Source of the DNA: Poseidonia sp.
Lineage (GTDB): Archaea > Thermoplasmatota > Poseidoniia > Poseidoniales > Poseidoniaceae
Assembly: GCA_965661285.1 (NCBI GenBank)
Contig: CBFIDD010000001.1
Location: forward strand, 436,852 to 500,851
DNA length: 64,000 nt
Direction of reading: 5' to 3'
A model generated the notes under the pieces. The model worked only from the letters and a program-made list of their open reading frames with translations. It was not told where the DNA came from and did no database searches. The stretch's first letter is position 1; every line of letters begins with the position of its first letter. A program made the position numbers and the translations under genes. Shown here in pieces: positions 17,996 to 27,933 of this stretch.

Positions 17996-19932
17996 TCAGG
18001 GCCCCCAAAGGAAAGGTGGGGTGGCCATTCGTATTTCTTGAGTTCGGGGTGAGCGGCGACCTTGGCCAGCGTTTCCTCATCGTGCAGAGTTACAGCAGGC
18101 CAGCGGCGCACGCCGTGTTCTTCGGAAGGGATGGGCGTGGTCGCGTCCCAACAAAGGCGGGACTTCTGGTCGTCAAAGGTGAGGCCGCGTCCCACATCAA
18201 AGCGGGAGGTCAACTGCCAAAGCAGGCGACGGCGAGCTTTCGTGTGCGTCATATCCAGGTCGTCGTTGGTGATGAATAACCAACGTAGATTCTTTCCAGA
18301 ATCCAATTGCCAAATTGAATTTCTCAATTGAAGAATTTGCTCAATTCGCTTTCCTTCTTGTTCATCGTTCCCGTCGTGCTGTCCCGTTCGGGGACTTGGG
18401 GTGCCCTCGATGGAGGTTGAAACCACGAGCATGTTGTCTCGCAGCATCCGTGCTTGACGAACTTCGGGAAGAGCGGCCACGGCCTCAAGGCCGGTGAAGG
18501 GTTCTGAGGGCTTGGTGCCCTGTCGCCACGCAGGTGTTGGTTGATTGTAGGAGCCCTCAAGCGGCTCGTCCGAAGAGCGAGGGTCGGTGGAGACCAACGT
18601 CGTGGCGTCGATGAGCAGCTTGTCGTGAACGTTCTCGAAGGGCGAAGCGGCTTCCAGTGCATCCGCCACCATACCCGGAAGCACCACCACGTCTTCGCTG
18701 ATTTCCACCTTGTCGTTGAGTGCGTCAAGGAAAGCCTCGAGGTCCTTGGGATTTTGATCGGGGTCGATGGCGGCGATGACCTTGAGGAACATCATTTGCC
18801 CAGCACCAAGCAATCCGAGTGCTGTTTTACGGCCTTGGCGAGGATAACGTTGTTTGGAAGCAACAATGGCCAGGTTGTGAAAGCCGGTTTCGAGGGGCAA
18901 ATGCACGCTTTTGACGTCGCGATGTTGGAACTGAAGAACAGGAGAGAATTGACGCCCAATGGCCTCACCGAGGAACCCGTCCTCCATCGGGGGAAGACCG
19001 ACGATGGTTGCGGGAAGGATAGCATCGGACCTGCAGGTGATGGCGGTTACGTGGAGTACGGGATACTGACCTGTCAGAGAGTAAAATCCGTAGTGGTCCC
19101 CAAACGGACCCTCAAGTTTGGTCTCGGTGGGGTCGCAGTACCCTTCGATGATGATATCGGCCTCCGCGGGCACCCAGAGGTCTTGGGTCAGGGCCTTGGT
19201 GATGGGAAGGGATTTCTGGCCGAGGATCCCTGCGAATTGATACTCCGAGAGATTGTCCGGAAGGGGCGAAATCGCTGAAAAAATGAGTTCTGGTGGCCCA
19301 CCGATGCAAACGGCCACCGGCATTCGTTCACCTTTGGCAGCGTGTTCGGCGCCGTGCTTGTGAATCTGCCAGTGGAGTCCGAGTTCGGTCTCGTTGTGGA
19401 CCTGCGCCCGATACATCCCAAGGTTGTGCTCGCCGCTCGAATCTTTGGTGACCACCAGCGGCAGGGTGACGAAATGACCGCCGTCCATCGGCCACGTCTT
19501 GGGAATGGGCAGTTTGGTCAGGTCGTTGGGCAAACGGACGCGCTGCCCCTTGCCCTTGCGGACTTTCTTGGGCGGCATGGCGAGAGCGTCTCGCAGCAGC
19601 GGCAGACCCTTCCATGGCTTTCGCATGTAAAGGCCGATATCGGGTTTCATCATCGCCACCATGCGGTCGCCGATTTCCGTCTCATGGGTGGCGCCAAGTG
19701 CCTGCAACGTCCGGTCGTGGCCTCCAAAGGCGTTCATCAGAAGCGGGATGGACGAAATCGTGCCATCGGCCAGCCGTGGCTGCTCGAACAGGACCGCTGG
19801 CCCGTCGTTCTTGACCAGGAGGTCGGCGATGGCGCCGGCTTCGTAGACGACGTCGACCGGCCGGTCTATGCGAAGCAATTCATCCCGTTCTTCGAGATGC
19901 TTCACCCAACGCCTCAACGTCTTCCAAGCCAC
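17992..19932 (-). CDS. UbiD-family decarboxylase (MqnL-like) with extended C-terminus
   Basis: WPMDGG, NLGMYR, HWQIHKHGA, EGPFGDHYG, VGLPPMED, LLGAGQMMFLK. Confidence 0.9.
   Translation of the reverse strand: MAWKTLRRWVKHLEERDELLRIDRPVDVVYEAGAIADLLVKNDGPAVLFEQPRLADGTISSIPLLMNAFGGHDRTLQALGATHETEIGDRMVAMMKPDIGLYMRKPWKGLPLLRDALAMPPKKVRKGKGQRVRLPNDLTKLPIPKTWPMDGGHFVTLPLVVTKDSSGEHNLGMYRAQVHNETELGLHWQIHKHGAEHAAKGERMPVAVCIGGPPELIFSAISPLPDNLSEYQFAGILGQKSLPITKALTQDLWVPAEADIIIEGYCDPTETKLEGPFGDHYGFYSLTGQYPVLHVTAITCRSDAILPATIVGLPPMEDGFLGEAIGRQFSPVLQFQHRDVKSVHLPLETGFHNLAIVASKQRYPRQGRKTALGLLGAGQMMFLKVIAAIDPDQNPKDLEAFLDALNDKVEISEDVVVLPGMVADALEAASPFENVHDKLLIDATTLVSTDPRSSDEPLEGSYNQPTPAWRQGTKPSEPFTGLEAVAALPEVRQARMLRDNMLVVSTSIEGTPSPRTGQHDGNDEQEGKRIEQILQLRNSIWQLDSGKNLRWLFITNDDLDMTHTKARRRLLWQLTSRFDVGRGLTFDDQKSRLCWDATTPIPSEEHGVRRWPAVTLHDEETLAKVAAHPELKKYEWPPHLSFGGPE
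18300..18350. repeat. Cluster of degenerate CAATTG palindromes inside the UbiD gene
   Basis: Cores at 18304, 18325 (TTCTCAATTGAAGA) and 18342 in an AT-rich patch. Confidence 0.6.
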
Positions 19933-20047
19933 ACTTGCCCCTGCGGGTTCTTGGCTTTGAACCTCCGTATGGAAGCCATCGCAGGTAAAACGACCTCAAT
20001 GGTCCACCGTTGCCTTCATGGGCTTCCCCCCGCTGGTTTGACACAAG

Positions 20048-21277
20048 GTGGCATGGATGTACGATGTGGTCATCATCGGAGCGGGCCCAGGAGGCGGTTC
20101 TGCCGCGCTTCACGCCGCCCGCGCAGGCCTCTCAACACTTATCATCGAAGCAGACCCGGAAATAGGGACGCCCGTTCACTGCGGCGAGTGCCTTTCCGAT
20201 CTCGCTGTGCAAAACTTGGACCTTGAACTGCCCGACCACGTCAAAGCCCTGGACGTCAAAGGCATCAGGGTGATTTTCCCCGACGGGACAGAAAAATTGC
20301 TCACCGAAGAGGGTTACGTGCTCGAAAAACACCTGTTTGAGCGATGGTTGGCCGACGAAGCGGTGGACAAAGGAGCCGAACTTCTGCTCCACCATCGCGT
20401 GACCGGCATGGAACGAATTTACAATTCAGAAAATCAATTTTCCAATTGGAAACTTGAAGGACGAGGCGATGCCTTTCCCGTTGAGTGTCGAGCGGTCATT
20501 GATGCCTCGGGGGTTTCGGGCGCTGCGGCAAAGTTCCTTGATATGGGCGGCGATGTGGAGGTCATTGCCGGCTTCCAGTACGAAATTCTCGACGTCCCCA
20601 ACGACGGCTACCTCGATTTCTATCTCTGGCCAAAATACTCCCCTCACGGCTACGTCTGGATGATCCCCAAGGAAGGAGGGCGAGCCAACGTCGGCCTGGT
20701 CACCACCGACAAAAAAGGCGCCATCAAGTACCTCGAATCCTTCATTCAAGACACCTACCTGAACGGCAAACCCACCGTCAATCCCCCTTGGCGAGCCGAA
20801 GGCATCAAGATTCGACCGTTCGGTGGGACCATCCCCATTTCCGGCCCCCGCACAGCCACCGTTGGCGACGGCGTGGTGCTTGTCGGCGATGCGGCCGGAT
20901 TCACCTCTCCACTCTTTGAGGGAGGTACACACCTTGCGTTGTGGTCAGGGCGAGAAGCGGCCCAGACGGTGGCTGCTGCACTGAAGGAGAACGATGTTTC
21001 TGCTCAGCGCCTCATGGCGTATGAGCGTGCGTGGAAGAAGAAATTCCCCCCCTATCACAAGATTTTGAAGGGGAAGACGGCGCTGTACGAACTCAGCGAC
21101 GAAGAAATGTCGGCCATGGCCCGTTGCTTACCAAACGAACTCGGGAACATGAGTCCACTCGACAAGGCCGTCATTGGTTTGAAAATCCTCGTGCGCCGCC
21201 CCATGTTGCTGACCAAGCGCGTGATTTCTGTGCTCCTCTCGTTCGGCTATTCCCGGGCGAAATTCTTCGGATGGTAG
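20048..21277 (+). CDS. Geranylgeranyl reductase family FAD oxidoreductase
   Basis: DVVIIGAGPGG, PVHCGECL, GYVWMIPK, VGDAAGFTSPLFEGG. Confidence 0.9.
   Translation: MAWMYDVVIIGAGPGGGSAALHAARAGLSTLIIEADPEIGTPVHCGECLSDLAVQNLDLELPDHVKALDVKGIRVIFPDGTEKLLTEEGYVLEKHLFERWLADEAVDKGAELLLHHRVTGMERIYNSENQFSNWKLEGRGDAFPVECRAVIDASGVSGAAAKFLDMGGDVEVIAGFQYEILDVPNDGYLDFYLWPKYSPHGYVWMIPKEGGRANVGLVTTDKKGAIKYLESFIQDTYLNGKPTVNPPWRAEGIKIRPFGGTIPISGPRTATVGDGVVLVGDAAGFTSPLFEGGTHLALWSGREAAQTVAAALKENDVSAQRLMAYERAWKKKFPPYHKILKGKTALYELSDEEMSAMARCLPNELGNMSPLDKAVIGLKILVRRPMLLTKRVISVLLSFGYSRAKFFGW
20439..20452. repeat. 14-bp palindrome TTTCCAATTGGAAA, exact copy 2 (inside the GGR gene)
   Basis: Read directly; partner TTTACAATTCAGAA has its core 21 bp upstream. 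Confidence 0.9.
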
Positions 21278-21311
21278 GGCCCGCTGCCTTCATGGAAAAA
21301 GAGCAAAGGCC

Positions 21312-23870
21312 ATGAGGGTCGCCCAACCCCCCAACACCATGTGGGGGCTTACGATGTGGTTGGCCCTCGCCGCGACGTGTTTTCTGCTGGCCAAGCCAAA
21401 GCTTCACGAAAGGGACACGCCCCTGTCGGCGGCGCTGCACGTGGCCATGGTCCTGCCTTTTGTCAGCCTTGCTGGCCGCTTCTTGGTGAACGACACCTCA
21501 ATTCTGCACGTCGCAGCCTTTGGCGGTGCAGATTTACCGCTCAAATATCGATTTGCAGCCACCTGGGCTGCCCGAGAAGGTCCGCTCTTGATGTGGCTCG
21601 GCTGGATGGCACTGGTCGCCTGGGTGTGGCGCAAACCGCTGCCGGGGGAGGCAAACGGGACGGTGCAGGCGTGGCGACTTCGCGCCATGCACCTCATGAG
21701 CCTGACGTTGTTGCTCATCGCTTTCTCGCTGGACCCGTTCAAACCGACGCCGGCGTTTTTCCTCGGGTCTGGACTCAACCCTCTTCTTCAAACCGATTTG
21801 ATGGTCATCCATCCACCGTTGATTTTCCTCACCTACGCTCTCTGTCTCCATCTGACGGCCATCGCCCTGTCCGCCGCCTACACCGACGAGACCGAAGCCC
21901 TCGGCCAACGCATGCTCCACCTGGCCCGACCCGGTCTGCTGATGGCCACCTTGGGGATTGGCTTGGGTGGTTTGTGGGCCTACCTCATCCTTGATTGGGG
22001 CGGTTATTGGGCGTGGGACCCTGTGGAAACGGGTTCGTTCTTGCCTTGGCTGGCGCTGGTGATGATCGTTCACCTGCGCACTCGCCCGGGGAAGGTCAAG
22101 CCGGAAGTTTGGATTGGAGGGGGGCTGGCCACCGGCGTGCTTGCTTTGTTTGCCACCACGGTCACCCGTGCAGGTGGTGTCTGGGCCTCCTCGGTTCACA
22201 CCTTCGTCAACTCCGACAACAGCACCCCGCCCACCGATGTCTTTGGGCGGTTGATGGTGCTGCGAGACGACGCCGCGGCGACTGAAGTCATGACCTACGT
22301 AGCATGGATGTTCGTTCTCATCGGCTGCTGGCTCGCCGTTCAACGCGCCTCCTCGAACGCTCGGCCGCTCAGCCTGACCTCAGCCTGGCCGGTGGCCATT
22401 CCGACGGTGTTGACGCTGCTTGGATGCCTCGTCTTTACCGGCAGCAACGGCGAAGGCCTGTCGTGGACCGCCGTTCCCGACGGTGTCTTTGTGGCCCTGT
22501 TGGTCGTCCCCCTGGCCGCCGTTAGCAAAGGGGAAACAACGGCGCTTGACGACGATGTAACGGCCTGGACCTATCACCGGCTGACCCCCATACCGCTCGA
22601 TGTCGCCCTGGTCGTCATCATGTACGCCTTGACCGGTGATGTGTGGATGGCTACGGCCACCGCCGTGCTCTTTGTGCCGCTTTACCGTTCAAACGATACC
22701 CTCGCCGCTTGGCCGTGGGCGGCTGCAGGCGTGATGCTGGGCCTCGCCCTGGCATGGTCGCAAGCGATGAGCATCGGCGTGGCCGGTCTGCTGCTGCTCG
22801 CCTTTGTCCTCCCGTGGCTGCTCGCTCCCCAGAACGACGCTGCAAGTGGAGGAACACTGACCGCAAAAAGGAATCAGCAGCGCCTGGCATTGTGGGGCAG
22901 CGTTCTGGTTGTCAGCCTGTACCTCGTTCTGACCTGGGTGTTGTTGCTCACCAGCATCGATGCGGTCAATTTCGAGGCGCACGAACTCTACGGCGCCCCC
23001 TTCCTCGCCGCCGTGGGCGCATCCTTGTTCGTCTACACCCGCCGCAAGGACGACCCCAAACATACGTTGGGTTTGCTGAGCGCTGCTGCCGCTGTCTCGG
23101 TCATTGGATTCGTCGCCGCACCCTCGGTGTTTGGAGGCGATGCAACCACCACGGTCTCCAACAGCCTCACACGCGGCCACATCGTTTGGGTGTCGCTGCC
23201 GATGCTGGCCCTCGCCACAGCCCCCGTGGCGCGAGAAGTGGTTCGCCAGTGGACGAAAACTAAGGCAAAGCGAACGTTCCTCCGCCTTCCTCTTGGCGCT
23301 CACGTGGTCCACCTCGGCCTCCTCTTGCTTCTCCTCGGCCATCTTTCCACCACGGTTTTGGTTGACCGAGGCGACGCCAGCCACCGGCTTTCGCTCGTCA
23401 AAGACGAGGTCATCGTTCACGAGGGGCTCGGTTTTGAGTTCACGGAATTGGTGCTGGAGAGCGAGGGATTGGAGGTCGGTGACGGCTTTATCGGCGTGAG
23501 CATCGATGTGTTCGCCATGGAGGGTGCGACCGTCGGAGAGAAGATTGGCACCGTTACGCCCGGCACCTTACGCTTTGACGACCAGGGTATTCCGCGGTCG
23601 GAGGTGGACACGCTCACCCGGCTCACCGGCGATGTGGTGTTCATCTTTGACGGTAGCCAAGCCGGCGCACTGATGGCCTCCTCAAACGGAGGAAGTTTGG
23701 AGGACATTGAACTCGTTCGTGTAACTGTCTACGACCTACCGCACTCCCATTTGGTCTGGGCTGGATGGGTGATAATGATGGGAGGCATGGCGCTCGTGGC
23801 CCTTGCGGGCATCAAAACCTCCGTGCAGCCCCACGAACGCAAGGTCAAATCCAGCACCGAGGAAGAATGA
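21312..23870 (+). CDS. ccmF: Cytochrome c biogenesis heme lyase CcmF
   Basis: WAAREG, GLNPLLQ, IHPP, WAYLILDWGGYWAWDPVE, SVHTF. Confidence 0.9.
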   Translation: MRVAQPPNTMWGLTMWLALAATCFLLAKPKLHERDTPLSAALHVAMVLPFVSLAGRFLVNDTSILHVAAFGGADLPLKYRFAATWAAREGPLLMWLGWMALVAWVWRKPLPGEANGTVQAWRLRAMHLMSLTLLLIAFSLDPFKPTPAFFLGSGLNPLLQTDLMVIHPPLIFLTYALCLHLTAIALSAAYTDETEALGQRMLHLARPGLLMATLGIGLGGLWAYLILDWGGYWAWDPVETGSFLPWLALVMIVHLRTRPGKVKPEVWIGGGLATGVLALFATTVTRAGGVWASSVHTFVNSDNSTPPTDVFGRLMVLRDDAAATEVMTYVAWMFVLIGCWLAVQRASSNARPLSLTSAWPVAIPTVLTLLGCLVFTGSNGEGLSWTAVPDGVFVALLVVPLAAVSKGETTALDDDVTAWTYHRLTPIPLDVALVVIMYALTGDVWMATATAVLFVPLYRSNDTLAAWPWAAAGVMLGLALAWSQAMSIGVAGLLLLAFVLPWLLAPQNDAASGGTLTAKRNQQRLALWGSVLVVSLYLVLTWVLLLTSIDAVNFEAHELYGAPFLAAVGASLFVYTRRKDDPKHTLGLLSAAAAVSVIGFVAAPSVFGGDATTTVSNSLTRGHIVWVSLPMLALATAPVAREVVRQWTKTKAKRTFLRLPLGAHVVHLGLLLLLLGHLSTTVLVDRGDASHRLSLVKDEVIVHEGLGFEFTELVLESEGLEVGDGFIGVSIDVFAMEGATVGEKIGTVTPGTLRFDDQGIPRSEVDTLTRLTGDVVFIFDGSQAGALMASSNGGSLEDIELVRVTVYDLPHSHLVWAGWVIMMGGMALVALAGIKTSVQPHERKVKSSTEEE

Positions 23871-23933
23871 ACCCCTCCAATGGAATTATGAAGGGGGGGC
23901 TGGTCGCCGAAACATCCACTTGGAGGGAACACC

Positions 23934-24779
23934 ATGGAAGAAGGAACAATTGTTCACGTTGATTACGAGCTCTACAACAGCGAAAGCGGCGACCTCATCG
24001 AAACCACGCGAGAAGACGTGGCCAAGGAGCACGAAGCCCATCAAGAAGGCCGCTCCTACACGCCCATGGTGTGCGTTGTCGGTGGTGGCAACCTCATCCC
24101 CGGTTTTGAAGCCGCTCTGGCCGAAGCCAAGGCCAACAAGGAAATCGAAGTGGTCATTGAACCCGCTGAAGCCTACGGTGAGAAAGACCCCGAGCAGATC
24201 GAAACCATCAGCATCGACAAACTCATTCGGGCTGTCAAAGACCCCAATTCGCTCTACATCGGCGCTCCGGTAAACATTGGCAACCGCCAAGGCTACCTGT
24301 CCTACTTGGCCGCAGGTCGAGCCCGCATCGACTACAACCACCCCATGGCTGGAAAGACCCTGAAGTACAGCTTCAAGGTTGTCAAGGTCGTTGAAGGGAA
24401 GGAAGAACAAGTCATGGCCCTGCTGGAATCCAACACCGGCCACAGCGACTTCGGCGTGTCGTTTGCCGGCGATGACCTCAACATCACCATTCCACAAACC
24501 ATGCTCTTCGATACCAACGCTGCCATGATGAAGTTCCGATTGGTCACCATCATCAGGGACGCTGTCGAGTGCGGCAAGGTGTCGTTCATCGAAGTCCACG
24601 AACCCCGTGGATTTGGCCTCGGTGATGACGAGGATGACCACGATCACGACGAGGCTGAAGACCTCTCCAAACTCTCTGTTGCCGAACTCAAAGAGCGATT
24701 GAAGGCAGCTGGCTTGCCTGTTAGCGGCAAGAAAGCCGACCTGATCGAACGCCTCTCCGCTTCGGGCGAAGAAGAGTGA
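23934..24779 (+). CDS. slyD: FKBP-type peptidyl-prolyl isomerase (long archaeal SlyD type) with C-terminal SAP domain
   Basis: LIPGFEAAL, EAYGE, DYNHPMAGKTLKY; tail LSKLSVAELKERLKAAGLPVSGKKADLIERL. Confidence 0.9.
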   Translation: MEEGTIVHVDYELYNSESGDLIETTREDVAKEHEAHQEGRSYTPMVCVVGGGNLIPGFEAALAEAKANKEIEVVIEPAEAYGEKDPEQIETISIDKLIRAVKDPNSLYIGAPVNIGNRQGYLSYLAAGRARIDYNHPMAGKTLKYSFKVVKVVEGKEEQVMALLESNTGHSDFGVSFAGDDLNITIPQTMLFDTNAAMMKFRLVTIIRDAVECGKVSFIEVHEPRGFGLGDDEDDHDHDEAEDLSKLSVAELKERLKAAGLPVSGKKADLIERLSASGEEE

Positions 24780-24832
24780 ACCAACGGAAAAGGAATAGGC
24801 GACCACGCCGTGGGTCGTCATACTGAGCCCTG

Positions 24833-26215
24833 ATGACCATGAGCGAGATGAGCCCGTCATCCGACTTTCCAGAACCGTTGCCTGACGACCGGTATTCTCC
24901 GGTTGAAAAGGCGCTGATTTGGGCCGCCATCGCCCTCGTTTTTGCCATCACTGCGGGGTTGATCCTCGCCTTTGATACCGTATGGACCGAGACGCTCAAA
25001 CCCATCATCTGGGACCCTGTGGTCAAGGATGCAGGTGTGGCGGGCGACGCTGGCTATACGCCACAAAACACCGCCATCTACACCTTGAGCATGCTCGCCT
25101 GTGTGGTGTTGTTTCAAGCCCTGTTCCGAAAATGGGCCTTGCCCTGCGACGAGCGCATGACGGTGGCCCTCATCGCATGGGTGTGCCTTGCCCCGGTGTT
25201 GCGGGTGCTCGAAGATGCTGATTTCTTCTCGTCCTCTCGAGACGTCTTGTTCATTTCACCCATCATTCACCTCCACCTCGCAGCATGGCTGGTCGGCGTG
25301 GCGGTGCTAAGCCATCTCACAGGGCGAGCCTTTGACGGCCGTTCGGACGATGCATCGCAGGAAGCCCAAGTCACGCTTCTGGCCGGTTTGCTCTTCGTTC
25401 TCCTCTTTGGGCACTGGTACCTGCTGTATCAGCCCGCCTACGCCAGCCACCCCGATGTATCGTTCTCCTTCGCAACGGGCGGTTTGGCCGTTTCTGCAGC
25501 CGTCTTGTGGGCAACCTTGGTGATGACACGTGGCTGGCCCGCGATGACCCGTGGCATGTACGCCTTCGCCACCGGTGCGGTGGTGCTCGGTGTGGCCCAT
25601 TGGATTCAATTCATGCTCACGCCATGGGCTCAAGAAAGCGGTATGGCCTCCGGGGACATCACGTTCTGGCCGGCCCTCATCGTCCTTGGTTTGCCCGCTA
25701 TCGTCTGCGTTGCGCTGTACCGAATGGGTAGAGAAGATGCACACCAACTCCGGCTCACCGGTTTCTCAGCCGGCGTGCTTCCAGCCCACATCGGCATCAA
25801 ACAATGGGAAGCCGAGGCCGAACAATGGGCCGACCACCCGGTTGAATTCCTTTCCAACAAAGCCCTGCTCGCCCACCCCATGGTCCTCGGGATGGTCTTT
25901 GGGCAGTTGTGCGACGGCTTTGCCACCATGATGGGGATCGACATGTTCGGGTATGGAGAAAAACATCCGGTGAGCGATGCCGTCATCCAATTTGGCGGCA
26001 GGATCAACGACAGTGTGGGTATTGAATGGGGCGAAGGCGCCTGGTTGTTTGCGCTGGTCAAAGCGGCGCTCGTCGGACTCATCGTGTGGCTCTTCGTCCA
26101 GATGCGCGTGGAACACCGGCAGCAACATTTCCGTCTGCTCATCGTCCTCGCCGTGCTCATCGTCGGCCTCGCACCGGGCCTGCGTGATATCGGACGACTG
26201 ATGCTCGGCGTATGA
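24833..26215 (+). CDS. DUF63-family polytopic membrane protein
   Basis: GYTPQNT, LRVLEDA, FISPIIH, GQLCDGFAT, YGEKHPVS, GLAPGLRD. Confidence 0.8.
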   Translation: MTMSEMSPSSDFPEPLPDDRYSPVEKALIWAAIALVFAITAGLILAFDTVWTETLKPIIWDPVVKDAGVAGDAGYTPQNTAIYTLSMLACVVLFQALFRKWALPCDERMTVALIAWVCLAPVLRVLEDADFFSSSRDVLFISPIIHLHLAAWLVGVAVLSHLTGRAFDGRSDDASQEAQVTLLAGLLFVLLFGHWYLLYQPAYASHPDVSFSFATGGLAVSAAVLWATLVMTRGWPAMTRGMYAFATGAVVLGVAHWIQFMLTPWAQESGMASGDITFWPALIVLGLPAIVCVALYRMGREDAHQLRLTGFSAGVLPAHIGIKQWEAEAEQWADHPVEFLSNKALLAHPMVLGMVFGQLCDGFATMMGIDMFGYGEKHPVSDAVIQFGGRINDSVGIEWGEGAWLFALVKAALVGLIVWLFVQMRVEHRQQHFRLLIVLAVLIVGLAPGLRDIGRLMLGV

Positions 26216-26280
26216 GTTGCCACCCGTTGGCTTCCATGCAATTAAGTGCAGGCTTCGCTTCGCCCAAATGAGGGCTCAAC

Positions 26281-27891
26281 ATGGACAGGTTGCCGACCAG
26301 AGTCAATCGTGCCGACCCCGACTTTGCCGCCCGAAAAGCCCACAACCTTGCCCTTGTGGATGAGTTGCGAGCTCGTTTGGAGGCGGCCTCCGAAGGCGGT
26401 GGAGGAAAATACGTCGAGCGCCATCGTTCTCGCGGAAAGCACCTCGCAAGAGAACGCATTGAGCGCATTGTCGACCCCGGAACGGCCTTTCTCGAACTTT
26501 CACCGCTCGCCGCTTACGAACTCTACGACGGGCGAGCCCATTCCGCCGGCATCGTGACCGGAATTGGCATGGTGCACGGCCGGGAATGCCTCTTCGTTGC
26601 CAACGACGCCACCGTGAAAGGCGGTTCATACTATCCCATGACCGTCAAAAAACACATCCGTGCCCAAACCGTAGCCCACGAAAACCATCTGCCCTGCATC
26701 TATCTCGTGGACTCCGGCGGTGCGTTCCTGCCCCTTCAGGACGAAGTCTTCCCCGACATCGGCCACTTTGGGCGAATCTTTCGAAACCAAGCACGCATGT
26801 CGGGCGATGGCATTCCACAAGTTGCGGCCGTTCTCGGGTCGTGCACGGCGGGCGGTGCATATGTTCCCGCCATGTCGGACGAATCCATCATCGTGAAAGG
26901 GAACGGAACGATTTTCCTCGCAGGCCCACCCCTCGTCAAAGCGGCCACCGGAGAGGAAGTGACGGCCGAGGAACTGGGTGGCGCTGATGTTCACACGGCC
27001 CAATCCGGTGTCGCCGACCATTTCGCAGAAGATGAGAACGAAGCCTTGCGAATGGTTCGCAACGCGATCGAGAACCTGGGCCCTGTTGAGAAAGCCCCGG
27101 CAGCGATGCAGGAACCCGAGCCGCCCGCACACGAAGTTGAAGACCTCATGGGGCTCATTCCAGCGGACAACCGCACCCCCGTCGACATTCGTGAGATCAT
27201 CGCTCGCATCGTTGACGGTTCTCGATTTCACGAGTTCAAATCCCGGTATGGCACCACCCTTGTTTGCGGATTTGCCAACATCCACGGGCACAAAGTCGGC
27301 ATCGTGGCCAACAACGGTATTCTCTTCTCTGAGTCGAGCCAGAAGGGCGCCCACTTCGTGGAGCTCTGTGGGCAACGGGGCATCCCGCTCGTGTTTTTGC
27401 AGAACATCACGGGCTTCATGGTCGGCAAGGCCTACGAGGCGGGCGGCATCGCCAAGGACGGGGCCAAGTTGGTCACCGCCGTGTCGTGCGTGAACGTTCC
27501 AAAATTCACGGTCATTGTCGGCGGCTCACACGGCGCAGGGAACTACGGGATGTGCGGTCGTGCCTACGACCCCAGGTTCCTCTTCATGTGGCCCAACAGC
27601 CGAATTTCCGTCATGGGTGGCCCGCAAGCGGCCGATGTCTTGACCACCGTCAAGCAGGACCAGCGTGCACGTGAAGGCACCCCGCCCATGGAAGGCGAAG
27701 AACTCGAAGCCTTCCGGCAACCCATCCTTGACAAATACGAAACCGAGGGCAGCCCGTACTATTCCACCGCTCGTCTCTGGGACGACGGCATCATCGACCC
27801 GAGGGACACGCGAGACGTGTTGGGGCTGTGTTTGGCCACCGCTCGAAACGCCCCGCTGCCCGACGACCGGTACGGCATCTTTAGAATGTGA
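26281..27891 (+). CDS. liuB: Methylcrotonyl-CoA carboxylase, carboxyltransferase (beta) subunit
   Basis: [65 protein letters not shown]. Confidence 0.92.
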   Translation: MDRLPTRVNRADPDFAARKAHNLALVDELRARLEAASEGGGGKYVERHRSRGKHLARERIERIVDPGTAFLELSPLAAYELYDGRAHSAGIVTGIGMVHGRECLFVANDATVKGGSYYPMTVKKHIRAQTVAHENHLPCIYLVDSGGAFLPLQDEVFPDIGHFGRIFRNQARMSGDGIPQVAAVLGSCTAGGAYVPAMSDESIIVKGNGTIFLAGPPLVKAATGEEVTAEELGGADVHTAQSGVADHFAEDENEALRMVRNAIENLGPVEKAPAAMQEPEPPAHEVEDLMGLIPADNRTPVDIREIIARIVDGSRFHEFKSRYGTTLVCGFANIHGHKVGIVANNGILFSESSQKGAHFVELCGQRGIPLVFLQNITGFMVGKAYEAGGIAKDGAKLVTAVSCVNVPKFTVIVGGSHGAGNYGMCGRAYDPRFLFMWPNSRISVMGGPQAADVLTTVKQDQRAREGTPPMEGEELEAFRQPILDKYETEGSPYYSTARLWDDGIIDPRDTRDVLGLCLATARNAPLPDDRYGIFRM

Positions 27892-27892
27892 T

Positions 27893-27926
27893 TTTTATAT
27901 TCGAAATTTGACTTTGCAATTGGAGA
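27893..27926. repeat. Degenerate palindrome pair in the liuB-hydratase intergenic gap
   Basis: TTTGCAATTGGAGA (12/14) at 27913-27926; TTTTATATTCGAAA 20 bp upstream. Confidence 0.7.
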
Positions 27927-27933
27927 ATTCAAC

